From Alphaproteobacteria bacterium (GTDB lineage: Bacteria; Pseudomonadota; Alphaproteobacteria; UBA7887), in NCBI GenBank assembly GCA_030739735.1, contig JASLYQ010000001.1, positions 159,633 through 223,632 of the forward strand: DNA of 64,000 nucleotides, in the 5' to 3' direction. The stretch's first letter is position 1. Every line of letters begins with the position of its first letter. A program made the position numbers and the translations under genes. Shown one piece after another: positions 23,388 through 32,762 of the stretch. The notes beneath the pieces were generated by a model. The model was not told the DNA's origin. It saw only the letters and a list, made by a program, of their open reading frames with translations, and did not search any database.

Positions 23388-24007
23388 GCGACGAAGTCAG
23401 GCACCGTCACGGTGTCCACGATCCTCATTACCGCCACCTCGCGATCGCGGTGCACGAACTGCTTGTCGAGAAAGGCGTGCTGAGTGAGGATCGAATTGAC
23501 CGCCAGATCGTGCGCATGGATGCACGTAGCCCGGCCGATGGTGCTCGCATGGTGGCCCGTGCCTGGACCGACCAGGCGTATCGCGCCCGCATGCTCGCTG
23601 ACGGTAGCGCCGCGGCCGAGGAAATCGGTCTCGTCGTCGACGGTACCCTGTTGGTGACAGTCGAAAATACGGACGCGGTGCACAATCTTTTCGTCTGCAC
23701 ACTTTGCTCCTGCTATCCGCGCTCGATTCTCGGCTTACCGCCGACCTGGTACAAGGCGCCGGAATACCGCAGACGGGTGGTGCGTGAGCCGCGCAAGGTG
23801 CTGGCCGAGTTCGGCGTCAGCGTGGCGGATGACGTCGAGCTGCGGGTGCACGATTCCACCGCCGATATGCGCTATATTGTACTGCCACGCCGACCCGACG
23901 GCACCGAGGGCTGGAGTGAGGACGCGCTTGCCAAGCTTGTGACCCGGGACAGCATGATCGGCGTTGGTCTGCCTTTGTCGCCGGAGACCGCACAAGCGGC
24001 AGAGTAG
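23384..24007 (+). CDS. nitrile hydratase-like alpha subunit, cobalt type (VCTLCSCY metal-binding motif)
   Basis: 207 aa from the ATG overlapping the upstream stop. Matches NHase alpha: AWTDQAYRARMLADG, NLFVCTLCSCYP…LGLPPTWYK, EYRRRVVREPRKVL, LVTRDSMIGV. The Thr and Tyr in the Cys cluster are the Co-type signature. Confidence 0.85.
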   Translation: MSDEVRHRHGVHDPHYRHLAIAVHELLVEKGVLSEDRIDRQIVRMDARSPADGARMVARAWTDQAYRARMLADGSAAAEEIGLVVDGTLLVTVENTDAVHNLFVCTLCSCYPRSILGLPPTWYKAPEYRRRVVREPRKVLAEFGVSVADDVELRVHDSTADMRYIVLPRRPDGTEGWSEDALAKLVTRDSMIGVGLPLSPETAQAAE

Positions 24008-24016
24008 GGCACAAGC

Positions 24017-24637
24017 ATGCTCAAGGTTTGGGGGCGGCGCAACTCGTCCAACGTACAGAAGGTGCTGTGGTTTTGCGACGAGGCGGCGCTACGCTTCAAA
24101 CACGAGGAGATCGGCGGCGAGTTCGGCCGTACCGCCGATGCCGACATGCTGGCGCGCAATCCCAATGCCCGCGTCCCCACCATTGAAGATGATGGTTTCG
24201 TGTTGTGGGAGAGCAACGCCATCCTGCGCTATCTCGGAGCAAAATATGCCTCCGGTGCCATGTTTCCGACCGAGCTCAAGGCCCGGGGCGATGCGGACCG
24301 CTGGATGGACTGGCAGCAATCTACGGTACTAGCACCGCTGACCACCATCTTCTGGGGTCGGGTGCGAACGCCCGAGGCCTACACTGAAGAGCAGATCGCG
24401 CAAGCCGAAACGGCGGCCGTGCAGCTCTGGAAGATTCTCGATACCCGCCTCAAGGGACGTGACTGGATCATGGGCGATACATTTACCATTGCCGACATAC
24501 CGCTCGCCATCCTCGCCTGGCGTTGGTTTTCGCTGGCCAAGGAACCGCCTACCATGGCGGCGCTTGACGCCTGGTTCGTGCGTATCCGTGCGCGTCCCGC
24601 ATTTGAGGCCCGCGTCTCCAGCATACCGCTCACCTGA
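24017..24637 (+). CDS. glutathione S-transferase family protein
   Basis: 206 aa starting 9 nt after the NHase alpha stop. Thioredoxin-like N-domain (KVWGRRNSSNVQKVLW…RVPTIEDDGFVLWESNAILRYL) and helical C-domain. Confidence 0.8.
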   Translation: MLKVWGRRNSSNVQKVLWFCDEAALRFKHEEIGGEFGRTADADMLARNPNARVPTIEDDGFVLWESNAILRYLGAKYASGAMFPTELKARGDADRWMDWQQSTVLAPLTTIFWGRVRTPEAYTEEQIAQAETAAVQLWKILDTRLKGRDWIMGDTFTIADIPLAILAWRWFSLAKEPPTMAALDAWFVRIRARPAFEARVSSIPLT

Positions 24638-24678
24638 TAGCGTGGACAGACACCGTAGCTTGCGGCAGAGTTCTCCCT

Positions 24679-26358
24679 ATGCATGACTTGGTAATTAAAA
24701 ATACCGTCATTTACGACGGCAGTGGCGAAGCGCCGCAACATGCCGCGCTCGCCGTTAGCGAGGGCCGTATCGCGGAAATCGGTAGTGATGTTGGAGCCGG
24801 CCGCGAGGTTGTCGATGCGGAAGGCTTGGCGCTGGCGCCGGGTATCATCGACACCCACACCCATTACGACGCACAGGTCACCTGGGACCCCTGGCTAGAC
24901 CCCTCCTCACGTCTCGGCGTGACCACGGTGGTGATGGGCAATTGCGGCTTTACCGTAGCGCCCTGCAAGCCGCAGCACCGTGCGGCCACCGCACGCAATT
25001 TATGTAACGTAGAAGGCATGTCGATCGAGGCCTTGCGCGAGGGCATGCGCTGGGAGTTCGAGAGCTTTGGCAACTATCTAGATCATTTGGAGAGCCGTGG
25101 CGTTGGCCTCAATGTTGCGTGCTTTGCAGGCCATTCCTCGATTCGCACCTGGGTGATGGGCGACGACGCTACCGAGCGCGCGGCCACTGCGGACGAGATT
25201 GCGGCCATGGCAGACCTGGTGCGCGAGGCGATGGCAGCCGGCGCTATCGGCTTCGCTACCTCGACTTTCGAGGGCCACAACGGCGCCGGTGGCGTGCCCA
25301 TGCCCTCGCGGCTGGCAAAACAGGACGAGTTGCAAGCGCTCGTCGTCGCCATGGCCGAGGGCGACCGCGGCACCTTCATGCTCACGCGCGGCTCAGGCTC
25401 GCGGCTCAGCTTTCTCGAATCCCTTGCCGAAATGGCGCGGCGGCCGGTAATCGTCGCAGCGCTACTGCACAATCCTTTGAACGACCAGACAACGACGCGC
25501 GCAATGCAAAAGATCGCCGAGGCCAACAGCCGCGGGCGCGAGCTTTACGGCCAGGTCTCCTGCTGCCCGCTGACTTTGGATTTCACCTTGTACAACCCGT
25601 ACATGATGGAGGCGTTCGACTCCTGGAAGCCAATCATGGAAGCGGAGCCGGAAGACCTGCCACGCCTGTATCGCGACCCGGAGCTACGCGCCGCCGTGAA
25701 AGCCGAGATCGCCGAGCCGGGAAAAATAACCGCGTTCACCGGGGACTGGAGCGGCATCAAGGTCGCCGAGGTCGCGAACCCCGCCAACCGCGACAAGGAG
25801 GGTCGCGATACTGCCGACCTGGCAGCGGAGGCGGGCGTCGATCCACTCGACTGGATTCTCGACTTCGGTCTCAGCGAGGACATGAAAACGACCTTCGCCT
25901 CGGTGCTCTTAAACGCCGATAGCCAAGCGGTGGGTAAGCTGCTCAGCGACCCCTACAGCACGATCGCCTTGTCGGACGCCGGCGCACATCTCACCTTCTT
26001 TTGCGACGCCGGCTTCGGGCTGAATCTCTACGGCAGCTGGGTGCGCGAGCGTGGTCTGTTTTCGTTGGAGCGCGCAATCTACGAGATGACCGGCCGCCAG
26101 GCGGACATCTACCGTATTCGCGGCCGCGGGCGCCTCAGGCCCGGCGCTTGGGCCGACATGATGCTGTTCGACCCGACGACCGTAGCGCGGTCGCCCAACC
26201 TCCGCGTCCACGACCTGCCGGCCGGCGCCAGCCGCCTGGTCTATGATGCCAAGGGCCTGCACGGCGTCTGGGTCAATGGCAGCCACATTGCCGATGCTGG
26301 GGGCCTCATCACCAACGGCGCGTTGCCCGGCATGGTAATCCGTAAGTTCGATAGCTAA
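24679..26358 (+). CDS. N-acyl-D-amino-acid deacylase-family amidohydrolase (Amidohydro_3)
   Basis: 559 aa. Metal-binding GIIDTHTHYD…VTTVVMGNCG, characteristic of D-aminoacylase-type amidohydrolases. Confidence 0.8.
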   Translation: MHDLVIKNTVIYDGSGEAPQHAALAVSEGRIAEIGSDVGAGREVVDAEGLALAPGIIDTHTHYDAQVTWDPWLDPSSRLGVTTVVMGNCGFTVAPCKPQHRAATARNLCNVEGMSIEALREGMRWEFESFGNYLDHLESRGVGLNVACFAGHSSIRTWVMGDDATERAATADEIAAMADLVREAMAAGAIGFATSTFEGHNGAGGVPMPSRLAKQDELQALVVAMAEGDRGTFMLTRGSGSRLSFLESLAEMARRPVIVAALLHNPLNDQTTTRAMQKIAEANSRGRELYGQVSCCPLTLDFTLYNPYMMEAFDSWKPIMEAEPEDLPRLYRDPELRAAVKAEIAEPGKITAFTGDWSGIKVAEVANPANRDKEGRDTADLAAEAGVDPLDWILDFGLSEDMKTTFASVLLNADSQAVGKLLSDPYSTIALSDAGAHLTFFCDAGFGLNLYGSWVRERGLFSLERAIYEMTGRQADIYRIRGRGRLRPGAWADMMLFDPTTVARSPNLRVHDLPAGASRLVYDAKGLHGVWVNGSHIADAGGLITNGALPGMVIRKFDS

Positions 26359-26544
26359 GAGTCTGAGACAAAGGCCTTATAGGTCAGCGCCTCGGAGGTC
26401 TCCCAGAATCGTCGCGCCATAGTCTCGGGTTTCGAAGCGTGTAGCAGCCTTTACAGATCGTGCGCTCGATATCGTTACAGACCCCGTCCTCTCTTACTTA
26501 GACGTCCCCTCAGTACCGGGCCGCCACGGCGCATTTCACCCTGT

Positions 26545-27345
26545 TCAGCCGCCGCCGTGCCCACTAATGCCGTAATCGAATGCCCAGGCCATACCGTCCC
26601 GGGTGGCTCCGGCCGGGCTGTACTCGCAGCCGACCCAGCCACGATAGCCGAGACTGTCGAGCAAGTTGAACAGATAGGGATAGTTGATCTCGCCATTGTC
26701 GGGCTCGTGGCGACCGGGAACACCGGCGATCTGAATATGGTCGATTAGCGGCAGCGCTTCCTCCAGTTCCGCCGCCAGATTACCACCCATGATTTGGCGG
26801 TGATAAAGATCGAACTGCAAGAACAGATTGTCGCTCGCGACCTCATCCATGATGGCGCGTGCCTGATCGATGGTGTCGAGAAAATAGCCCGGCATGTCGT
26901 GCCGGGTATTGATCGGCTCGATCAGGGCGCGTACGCCGCGCCTAGCGCATTCCGCTGCCGCCCAACGCAGGTTGTCTATAAAGCACACATGAGCCGCCGC
27001 CGCATTGCCATCCGCCCCTAGCATGCCCGCCATCACGTGCAACCGCGGACAACGCAGGGTCTCGGCATAATCGAGCGAGCGGTGCACACCGTCACGGAAA
27101 TCCTCCTCCCGCCCCGGCACCGCGCCGAGCCCCCGCTCGCCCGCTGCCAGATCCCCAGGCGGCACGTTGAAAAGCACCAGTTCGAGCCCGTTGGCGAAAA
27201 GACGCTCGGCGATCTCGCCGATACGCCACTGGTAGGGAAACTGGAACTCGACCGCGCCAAAGCCGCAATTTGCTGCCCCCCGAAACCGCTCAAGAAAATC
27301 CAGCTCCGTGAACATCGTGGAGAGATTGGCGGCGAAGCGCGGCAT
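26545..27345 (-). CDS. hydroxypyruvate isomerase-like sugar-phosphate isomerase/epimerase (xylose isomerase-like TIM barrel)
   Basis: Start set at MPRFAANLSTMFTE (the six-frame ORF extends 144 aa further, overlapping the upstream gene, and is rejected). Hyi-like motifs FQFPYQW, HVMAG, NLFLQFDLYH. Confidence 0.8.
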   Translation of the reverse strand: MPRFAANLSTMFTELDFLERFRGAANCGFGAVEFQFPYQWRIGEIAERLFANGLELVLFNVPPGDLAAGERGLGAVPGREEDFRDGVHRSLDYAETLRCPRLHVMAGMLGADGNAAAAHVCFIDNLRWAAAECARRGVRALIEPINTRHDMPGYFLDTIDQARAIMDEVASDNLFLQFDLYHRQIMGGNLAAELEEALPLIDHIQIAGVPGRHEPDNGEINYPYLFNLLDSLGYRGWVGCEYSPAGATRDGMAWAFDYGISGHGGG

Positions 27346-27361
27346 TGGCGTAGCGGCGCCC

Positions 27362-28534
27362 TCAAGCCGCCGGGTTGCGCGGCAAGGCTGTCTCCACGAG
27401 CCGCGCAAAGAAGCTCGCCCCAACGGGCAGGATCTCATCGTTGAAGTCGTAGTGCGGGTTATGCACTGTGACGCAGGCGGGACCGTCGCCATTGCCGACG
27501 AAGGCATAGGCACCGGGCTTTTCCTCAAGAAAGAACGAGAAGTCCTCCGAGCCCATGACGGGCGGTTGTGCCGGCGCCTCCGCGCCCAGCACGTTGGCCG
27601 CAACCTCACGCGCAAAGGCGGTCTCCGCGTCGTGGTTGCACGTCGGCGGGTAGCCCTTGCGGTAGGAGAAAGCGACGCCGGCACCGTGCGCCGCGGCAAC
27701 GCCCTCGAGCACCTCACGCATGCGGCGCTCAGCCATCTCGCCGACGGCGCTGTCGAAATGCCGCACCGTGCCGCCAAACTCCACCGTATCGGGAATCACG
27801 TTGAAGGCATCGCCAGCGTGCAGCGTGGTCACCGATATCACCAGAGTCGCCGAGGGATCCGCATTGCGCGAGACGATGCCCTGCAAGGCCGAGATCATAG
27901 CTGCAGCAGCCGGCACCGGGTCGGTAGCCATATGCGGCATGGCACCGTGGCCACCCTTGCCCTGGACGGTGACACGGAACTCGTCCGCCGCGGCCATCAC
28001 CGGGCCAGGCGACAGCGCGATGGTGCCCGTGGGCAGGCCCGGCATATTGTGCACGCCGTAAATGGAATCTACCGGATAGCGCTCGAACAGCCCGTCGTCG
28101 ATCATCGCCTTGGCACCAGCGAAGCCTTCTTCCGCGGGCTGGAAAACGAAAACCACGGTGCCAGCAAAATTGCGGTTCTCGGAGAGATATCGCGCGGCTC
28201 CCAGCAGCATCGCCGTGTGCCCGTCATGGCCACAGGCATGCATCAAGCCATCCTTGGTAGACTGATAGGATAGGCCCGTCTCCTCCGTAATCGGCAGGGC
28301 ATCCATGTCGGCGCGCAAGCCGATCGCAGGCCCGTCGCCATTGTGGATGACCCCCACCACACCCGTCTTGCCTATGCCTTCCGCGACCTCGTCGAGACCA
28401 AACTCGCGCAGTCGCTCCGCGACCACCGAGGCTGTGCGATGTTCCTCGTAGGCCAGCTCGGGATGGCGATGAATGTCACGGCGCCACTCGCGCATGACAT
28501 CGTGGAATGCCGCTATTCGATTGACGACTGGCAT
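27362..28534 (-). CDS. M20-family amidohydrolase (hippurate hydrolase / N-acyl-L-amino acid amidohydrolase-like)
   Basis: Start at MPVVNR, preceded by AAGGAG. RRDIHRHPELAYEE, MHACGHDGH, FQPAEEG metal-ligand motifs. Confidence 0.8.
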   Translation of the reverse strand: MPVVNRIAAFHDVMREWRRDIHRHPELAYEEHRTASVVAERLREFGLDEVAEGIGKTGVVGVIHNGDGPAIGLRADMDALPITEETGLSYQSTKDGLMHACGHDGHTAMLLGAARYLSENRNFAGTVVFVFQPAEEGFAGAKAMIDDGLFERYPVDSIYGVHNMPGLPTGTIALSPGPVMAAADEFRVTVQGKGGHGAMPHMATDPVPAAAAMISALQGIVSRNADPSATLVISVTTLHAGDAFNVIPDTVEFGGTVRHFDSAVGEMAERRMREVLEGVAAAHGAGVAFSYRKGYPPTCNHDAETAFAREVAANVLGAEAPAQPPVMGSEDFSFFLEEKPGAYAFVGNGDGPACVTVHNPHYDFNDEILPVGASFFARLVETALPRNPAA

Positions 28535-28715
28535 GGCCACTCCTTGCTGGTTGAGCATCTCCAAAGTACCGGACGTTAGCACGGGATCAGCGACTTCGCT
28601 ACGCGCCATGTCGCGTGCCAGTGCGAGGCTATTTCACAAGACCCGAACGCGACTTCGATGCTATAGAGATTGGCAAATTTTGGGGCAGGCTTGCAGCTGG
28701 AGGCAAGTGGGAACC

Positions 28716-29783
28716 ATGATTCCCGGTATGGGCATCAGACTGGCGGGCAGAATCTCGGAGGCTAGTATTCTAGTGATCGAGAACGATGCCACCCAGATGC
28801 AGCTGGTGACAGCCATGCTGAAGAGCATCGGCGCTGGCCGTGTCGCCTGCGCGCAATCGGCCGAGGACGCCTTCGCGGTCATCGGCTATCCAGAAGCTGG
28901 GCCGAAGACGCACCCGGTGGATCTAATCCTGATGGATGTGGTCCTAGCTGACAGCAACGGCATTGATCTGTACCAACGACTTGCCGCATCGCCGGCGATG
29001 GCGCTGGTGCCAATCATCATCATCACTTCCCTCTCCGATGCCGAGACACTCAAGGACGCCTTCGATGCGGGAGCCGCCGACTTCATTACCAAGCCGATCG
29101 CCGATTACGAGCTTGAGGCACGCGTCAGTGCGGCTCTCGGCTGGCGGCGTTCAATGCTGATCCGCATAGAGCGGGAGAATGAGTTGGAAAAGCGGGAGAA
29201 GGAACTGGTCAAGGTTACCGAGGTCCTGCAGCAGACAAACGAGCGGTTACAACTCTTGTCGACACGCGACGCACTGACGGGTATCGCCAACCGCCGCGGG
29301 CTGAACGATTTTCTCGAGATGGAATGGCGCCGCGCCGCGCGCGAGGAAGGCAGCCTATCCCTGTTGATGATCGACGTAGACGATTTCAAGAACTTCAACG
29401 ACACCCATGGGCATCAGGCCGGCGACGAATGCCTCTGGATGGTCGCCCTCTGTCTTAAGGACTGCCTCCATCGCGGCGCCGATATGGTTGGCCGCTATGG
29501 CGGCGAAGAGTTTCTTGCCGTGCTCCCCGATACACCGATCGAGGGCGCGATGAATGTGGCCGAGGTCATGCGGCAAAGCGTGGAAGAGAAAGGTATTGCC
29601 CACACCGAGTCCCGCACGGGCGCAGGCGTGGTTACGGTAAGCGTCGGTGTCGCCTGCGGTAAGCCGAAAATGGCAATGGTCTCTGATAGTTTGCTAACCG
29701 CCGCCGACACCGCACTCTACGAGGCCAAAAGCCAGGGCCGAAACCGTGTCGTCACCGCGCCAGATTTGGTGACGGCGGCTTAG
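28716..29783 (+). CDS. response regulator receiver – GGDEF diguanylate cyclase (PleD/WspR-like)
   Basis: Start at MIPGMG (RBS GGAGG). REC domain (ILVIENDA…LILMDVVLADSNG…FITKP), coiled linker, GGDEF domain with an intact GGEEF. Confidence 0.85.
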   Translation: MIPGMGIRLAGRISEASILVIENDATQMQLVTAMLKSIGAGRVACAQSAEDAFAVIGYPEAGPKTHPVDLILMDVVLADSNGIDLYQRLAASPAMALVPIIIITSLSDAETLKDAFDAGAADFITKPIADYELEARVSAALGWRRSMLIRIERENELEKREKELVKVTEVLQQTNERLQLLSTRDALTGIANRRGLNDFLEMEWRRAAREEGSLSLLMIDVDDFKNFNDTHGHQAGDECLWMVALCLKDCLHRGADMVGRYGGEEFLAVLPDTPIEGAMNVAEVMRQSVEEKGIAHTESRTGAGVVTVSVGVACGKPKMAMVSDSLLTAADTALYEAKSQGRNRVVTAPDLVTAA

Positions 29784-31510
29784 GCTTTCTTGCGATAGAC
29801 GGCACCCTCGCTGACCACATAATCGACCCGGTCGTCAGCTAGCGCCTGCGCGCATTCTTCTGGCGCATTGATAATCGGCTCCTCGTGAGCGTTAAAGCTG
29901 GTATTGATCAGCACCGGGATGCCACTGGCCTGCTTGTAAGCAGCGAGGATATCGTAATATAGCGGGTTGGGCTCGCGCTCGATAATCTGTGGCCGAGCGG
30001 TGCCGTCAACATGGACGACCGCCGGGATACGCGCACGCCATTCGGAGCGCACCGCGCAGGTAATGGTCATGAAACGGGCGGCATAGGAGAGCCCGTCACC
30101 AAGGACGAAGATCTCGGCCGCATCATCGGCCGCAACGACGGGTGCGAAAGGCATGAATTCCGTGCGCCCGAGCCTGGCGTTGAGAACGTCGTTGATGCGA
30201 CTATCGGTTGGCGCTGCAAGGATGCTGCGCGAGCCGAGCGCCCGCGGCCCGTATTCGCCACCGTGGCTGAAAATAGCGACCGCAGCGCCCTCTGTCAGCA
30301 ACTTCACCGCGGTCTCGACCGGCGCCCCAGGCAGAGCTTCGAGGCGGGCATCGCCGGCAAGAACGGTATCGGCCTTGCTACCCCAATCCCTCCCCAGATA
30401 GAGCGTATCGAGACGCCAGCGGCTCGCAAGCCAGCGCTCGAAACCGTCGCGGGCGAGCAAGAAATCGAGCACGCCGCCAGCCGCCAAACCAGCATCGCTC
30501 ATCGCGGGATAGACGAAAATCTCATCGACGTCCGTTTCCTCGGCAAGGCGTTGATTGAGTCGCACATTGCCGAAGACGCCGCCAGCCAGGCCCAGATTGC
30601 GTACCGGATGGCGTGTCAGCAAGCGTCGCACCGCGGTCAATACGGTCTCTTCCAGCAGAGTCTGGACGGAAGCAGCAACATCGGCAGGCTTGGCTCCATC
30701 TGCCAAGGCGAAGATATGCCTACGCATCGCCGTGTAGTTCTCGAAGTCGCTATTAATACAGCCCTTATTATCTACAGAAAAATGTGTAGCTAATGACTGG
30801 TACAGCGTCGGTTCACCGAACGCGGCGAGGCCCGTTAACTTCCCCTCGTGACGGTTCATACGATAGCCGAGCGCCTGCGTAGCATAGCCATAGGCCAGAC
30901 CCAGACTGTCAATACGCTGCGGCTCGAGAAGCCCCGCATCACCACCATGCAAGGTCTCGATGGCACCATCACGAAAGACGCGATGGCTGTATTGTACGTT
31001 GTCGCCACCGCCGTCGGCGGTGTAGAGCAGCGCCTCATCCCAGTCCGTATGGAACAGGGTAGGCAAGGCATGGGCGCGATGGTGATTGTAGAAAGTGACC
31101 GGAATGTCAGCGCGAAAGCCCTGCTCGCTCCTGAAGCGCTCGACGTTGAAGATTCCTGCTGCGTCCGTGCACCTGGCGCGGATCAGCTCGCGCTCCATGC
31201 TCTTCTGTTTTTGCTTGCCGAGCGCCTGGCGAACTTTGCCTTCAACCCAGCGCCCGCCGGAGAAATGGTTGAAGTAGTGCCAGGGAAAGACGGCCCGGCC
31301 GAGTGCCACCGCATCAACATCAACACGGCCCGCACCGACTACATCAAGGCATGCGTCGATTGCCTCGCCGGGGATGCGGCCACCGTCGATCTTGCGCCGG
31401 GTCAGGCGTTCTAGCTGGATGGCCGCACGCATGGCATAGTCCTCGAAGAGAATCGCCACGGCATCGTGGTGGCCGGAATGAACGCCGAGAATGAGCATGT
31501 GTGATAGCAC
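29780..31510 (-). CDS. NodU/CmcH-family carbamoyltransferase
   Basis: 576 aa. ILGVHSGHHDAVA and YNHHRAHA (Kae1/YgjD-like N-domain). C-terminal NTSFNAHEEPII. Confidence 0.8.
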   Translation of the reverse strand: MLSHMLILGVHSGHHDAVAILFEDYAMRAAIQLERLTRRKIDGGRIPGEAIDACLDVVGAGRVDVDAVALGRAVFPWHYFNHFSGGRWVEGKVRQALGKQKQKSMERELIRARCTDAAGIFNVERFRSEQGFRADIPVTFYNHHRAHALPTLFHTDWDEALLYTADGGGDNVQYSHRVFRDGAIETLHGGDAGLLEPQRIDSLGLAYGYATQALGYRMNRHEGKLTGLAAFGEPTLYQSLATHFSVDNKGCINSDFENYTAMRRHIFALADGAKPADVAASVQTLLEETVLTAVRRLLTRHPVRNLGLAGGVFGNVRLNQRLAEETDVDEIFVYPAMSDAGLAAGGVLDFLLARDGFERWLASRWRLDTLYLGRDWGSKADTVLAGDARLEALPGAPVETAVKLLTEGAAVAIFSHGGEYGPRALGSRSILAAPTDSRINDVLNARLGRTEFMPFAPVVAADDAAEIFVLGDGLSYAARFMTITCAVRSEWRARIPAVVHVDGTARPQIIEREPNPLYYDILAAYKQASGIPVLINTSFNAHEEPIINAPEECAQALADDRVDYVVSEGAVYRKKA

Positions 31511-31732
31511 CGGAGAAGGGGCAAAAACGCGTCCCCCTCATGCCAAATTTTTGCTTCACTCGCAATGCGCCGCGATATTTTTATGTGCGAACGTACTGCT
31601 GCCCAGTTCCCCTGTCATGGCAGCCGATGAGCTATATATCGCTTTCGAAAGTGCGCCCCAGGTCAGCAGAGATGAGGCGTTGTTTCACGTCCCCACCGTC
31701 TGGCACGGGCGTTGCCGCGTGCCGATCTTGGC

Positions 31733-32665
31733 TTAGCCCTCGCGGATACCACGTGCAACCTCGGCGGCCCGCACCAGCGCGGTCAGCGTATCATGGGTCG
31801 GCGTGTCCACGCCTGCAGCCTTACCGGCGCCGGCGATGGCACCGTTGATGGCGTCTATCTCGCCCGGGCGACCCGCATCCATGTCCTGCCACATGGACGG
31901 CCGGCCATCGCGAATCTTGCTGCCGAATGCGTGTACATAGGCAACCGCGTCGTCGAAATCGAGGCTGATGCCTTTGGCGCGCGCTACCGCCGCGCCCTCG
32001 CTGGCACAAGCCGAAGCCACGGCCCAGGCATCGGCGTCGTCAAGCACGCCGCCCGCGGTCAGACCGGTCAGGGTGCAGACGGCGCTGAAGGTACCGTTGC
32101 AGATCAACTTCTCCCAGATTAGCTGGTGAATATCGTCGAAGCATTTCACGTGGAAGCCCGCGTTTCTCCATACCTTGGCGATGGCTTCGAGGCGCAACGT
32201 CACCGGGCCTTCCATCTCACCCAGGCGAATCATCTCCATGCCCTCATGGCGGGCATGTCCCGGCGCCAGCATCTTGGCGCCGAAGCCACCGGCTACGCCG
32301 ATGGTCACACGCGCTGCGCCGAGCGCCGCCGCCGCCGCATCACCACTGCCGAGACCGTTCTGGATGGTCAGCACGGGCGCCTCGGGCGCCAGCATGCCCA
32401 CCACGCTTTTAGCCGCGGCCCTAACGTGCCGTGCCTTGGTGGCAAGGATAACAAGCTCGCAGGCGCCCACCTCACTCGCTTCCGTGGTGGCGTTCAGAAC
32501 AACCGTATTGTCGCCGCTGGCACCCTCGATATGCAGGCCGTTCGCGCGAATCGCGTCGACATGCTCCTGCCAGACATCGACCGCCCAGATCTCGTTGCCG
32601 GCTTTGGCCAACAGCGCCGCATAGACCGAGCCCATGGCGCCACACCCCACCACCGCAATTTTCAT
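31733..32665 (-). CDS. 2-dehydropantoate 2-reductase family protein (ApbA/PanE)
   Basis: Start at MKIAVVGCGAMGSVYAALLA (Rossmann motif), preceded by GGAGGAAGG. 310 aa. Confidence 0.8.
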   Translation of the reverse strand: MKIAVVGCGAMGSVYAALLAKAGNEIWAVDVWQEHVDAIRANGLHIEGASGDNTVVLNATTEASEVGACELVILATKARHVRAAAKSVVGMLAPEAPVLTIQNGLGSGDAAAAALGAARVTIGVAGGFGAKMLAPGHARHEGMEMIRLGEMEGPVTLRLEAIAKVWRNAGFHVKCFDDIHQLIWEKLICNGTFSAVCTLTGLTAGGVLDDADAWAVASACASEGAAVARAKGISLDFDDAVAYVHAFGSKIRDGRPSMWQDMDAGRPGEIDAINGAIAGAGKAAGVDTPTHDTLTALVRAAEVARGIREG

Positions 32666-32762
32666 GCTTGCCTTCCTCCCGTCATAACGGCGCACAGTGT
32701 GTCCGAGCTGGCGGGCCACGGCAATGGCGTGCTATCGCTCAGGCCTCAGGTAGGAGTAAAAC

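Noticed and set aside
22783-24007. Calling the three-subunit enzyme thiocyanate hydrolase (ScnBAC)
   Set aside because: The order betaN-betaC-alpha matches scnB-scnA-scnC, but the two beta-derived chains are only about 100 aa each, versus about 157/126 in SCNase as I remember it. I cannot verify SCNase-specific active-site residues by eye, so the assignment is left open.
27346-27777. 144-codon upstream extension of the hydroxypyruvate-isomerase ORF, overlapping the M20 hydrolase gene
   Set aside because: It overlaps a well-supported gene on the same strand in another frame. It is Arg/Thr-rich and low complexity, and homology starts at the Met at 27345.
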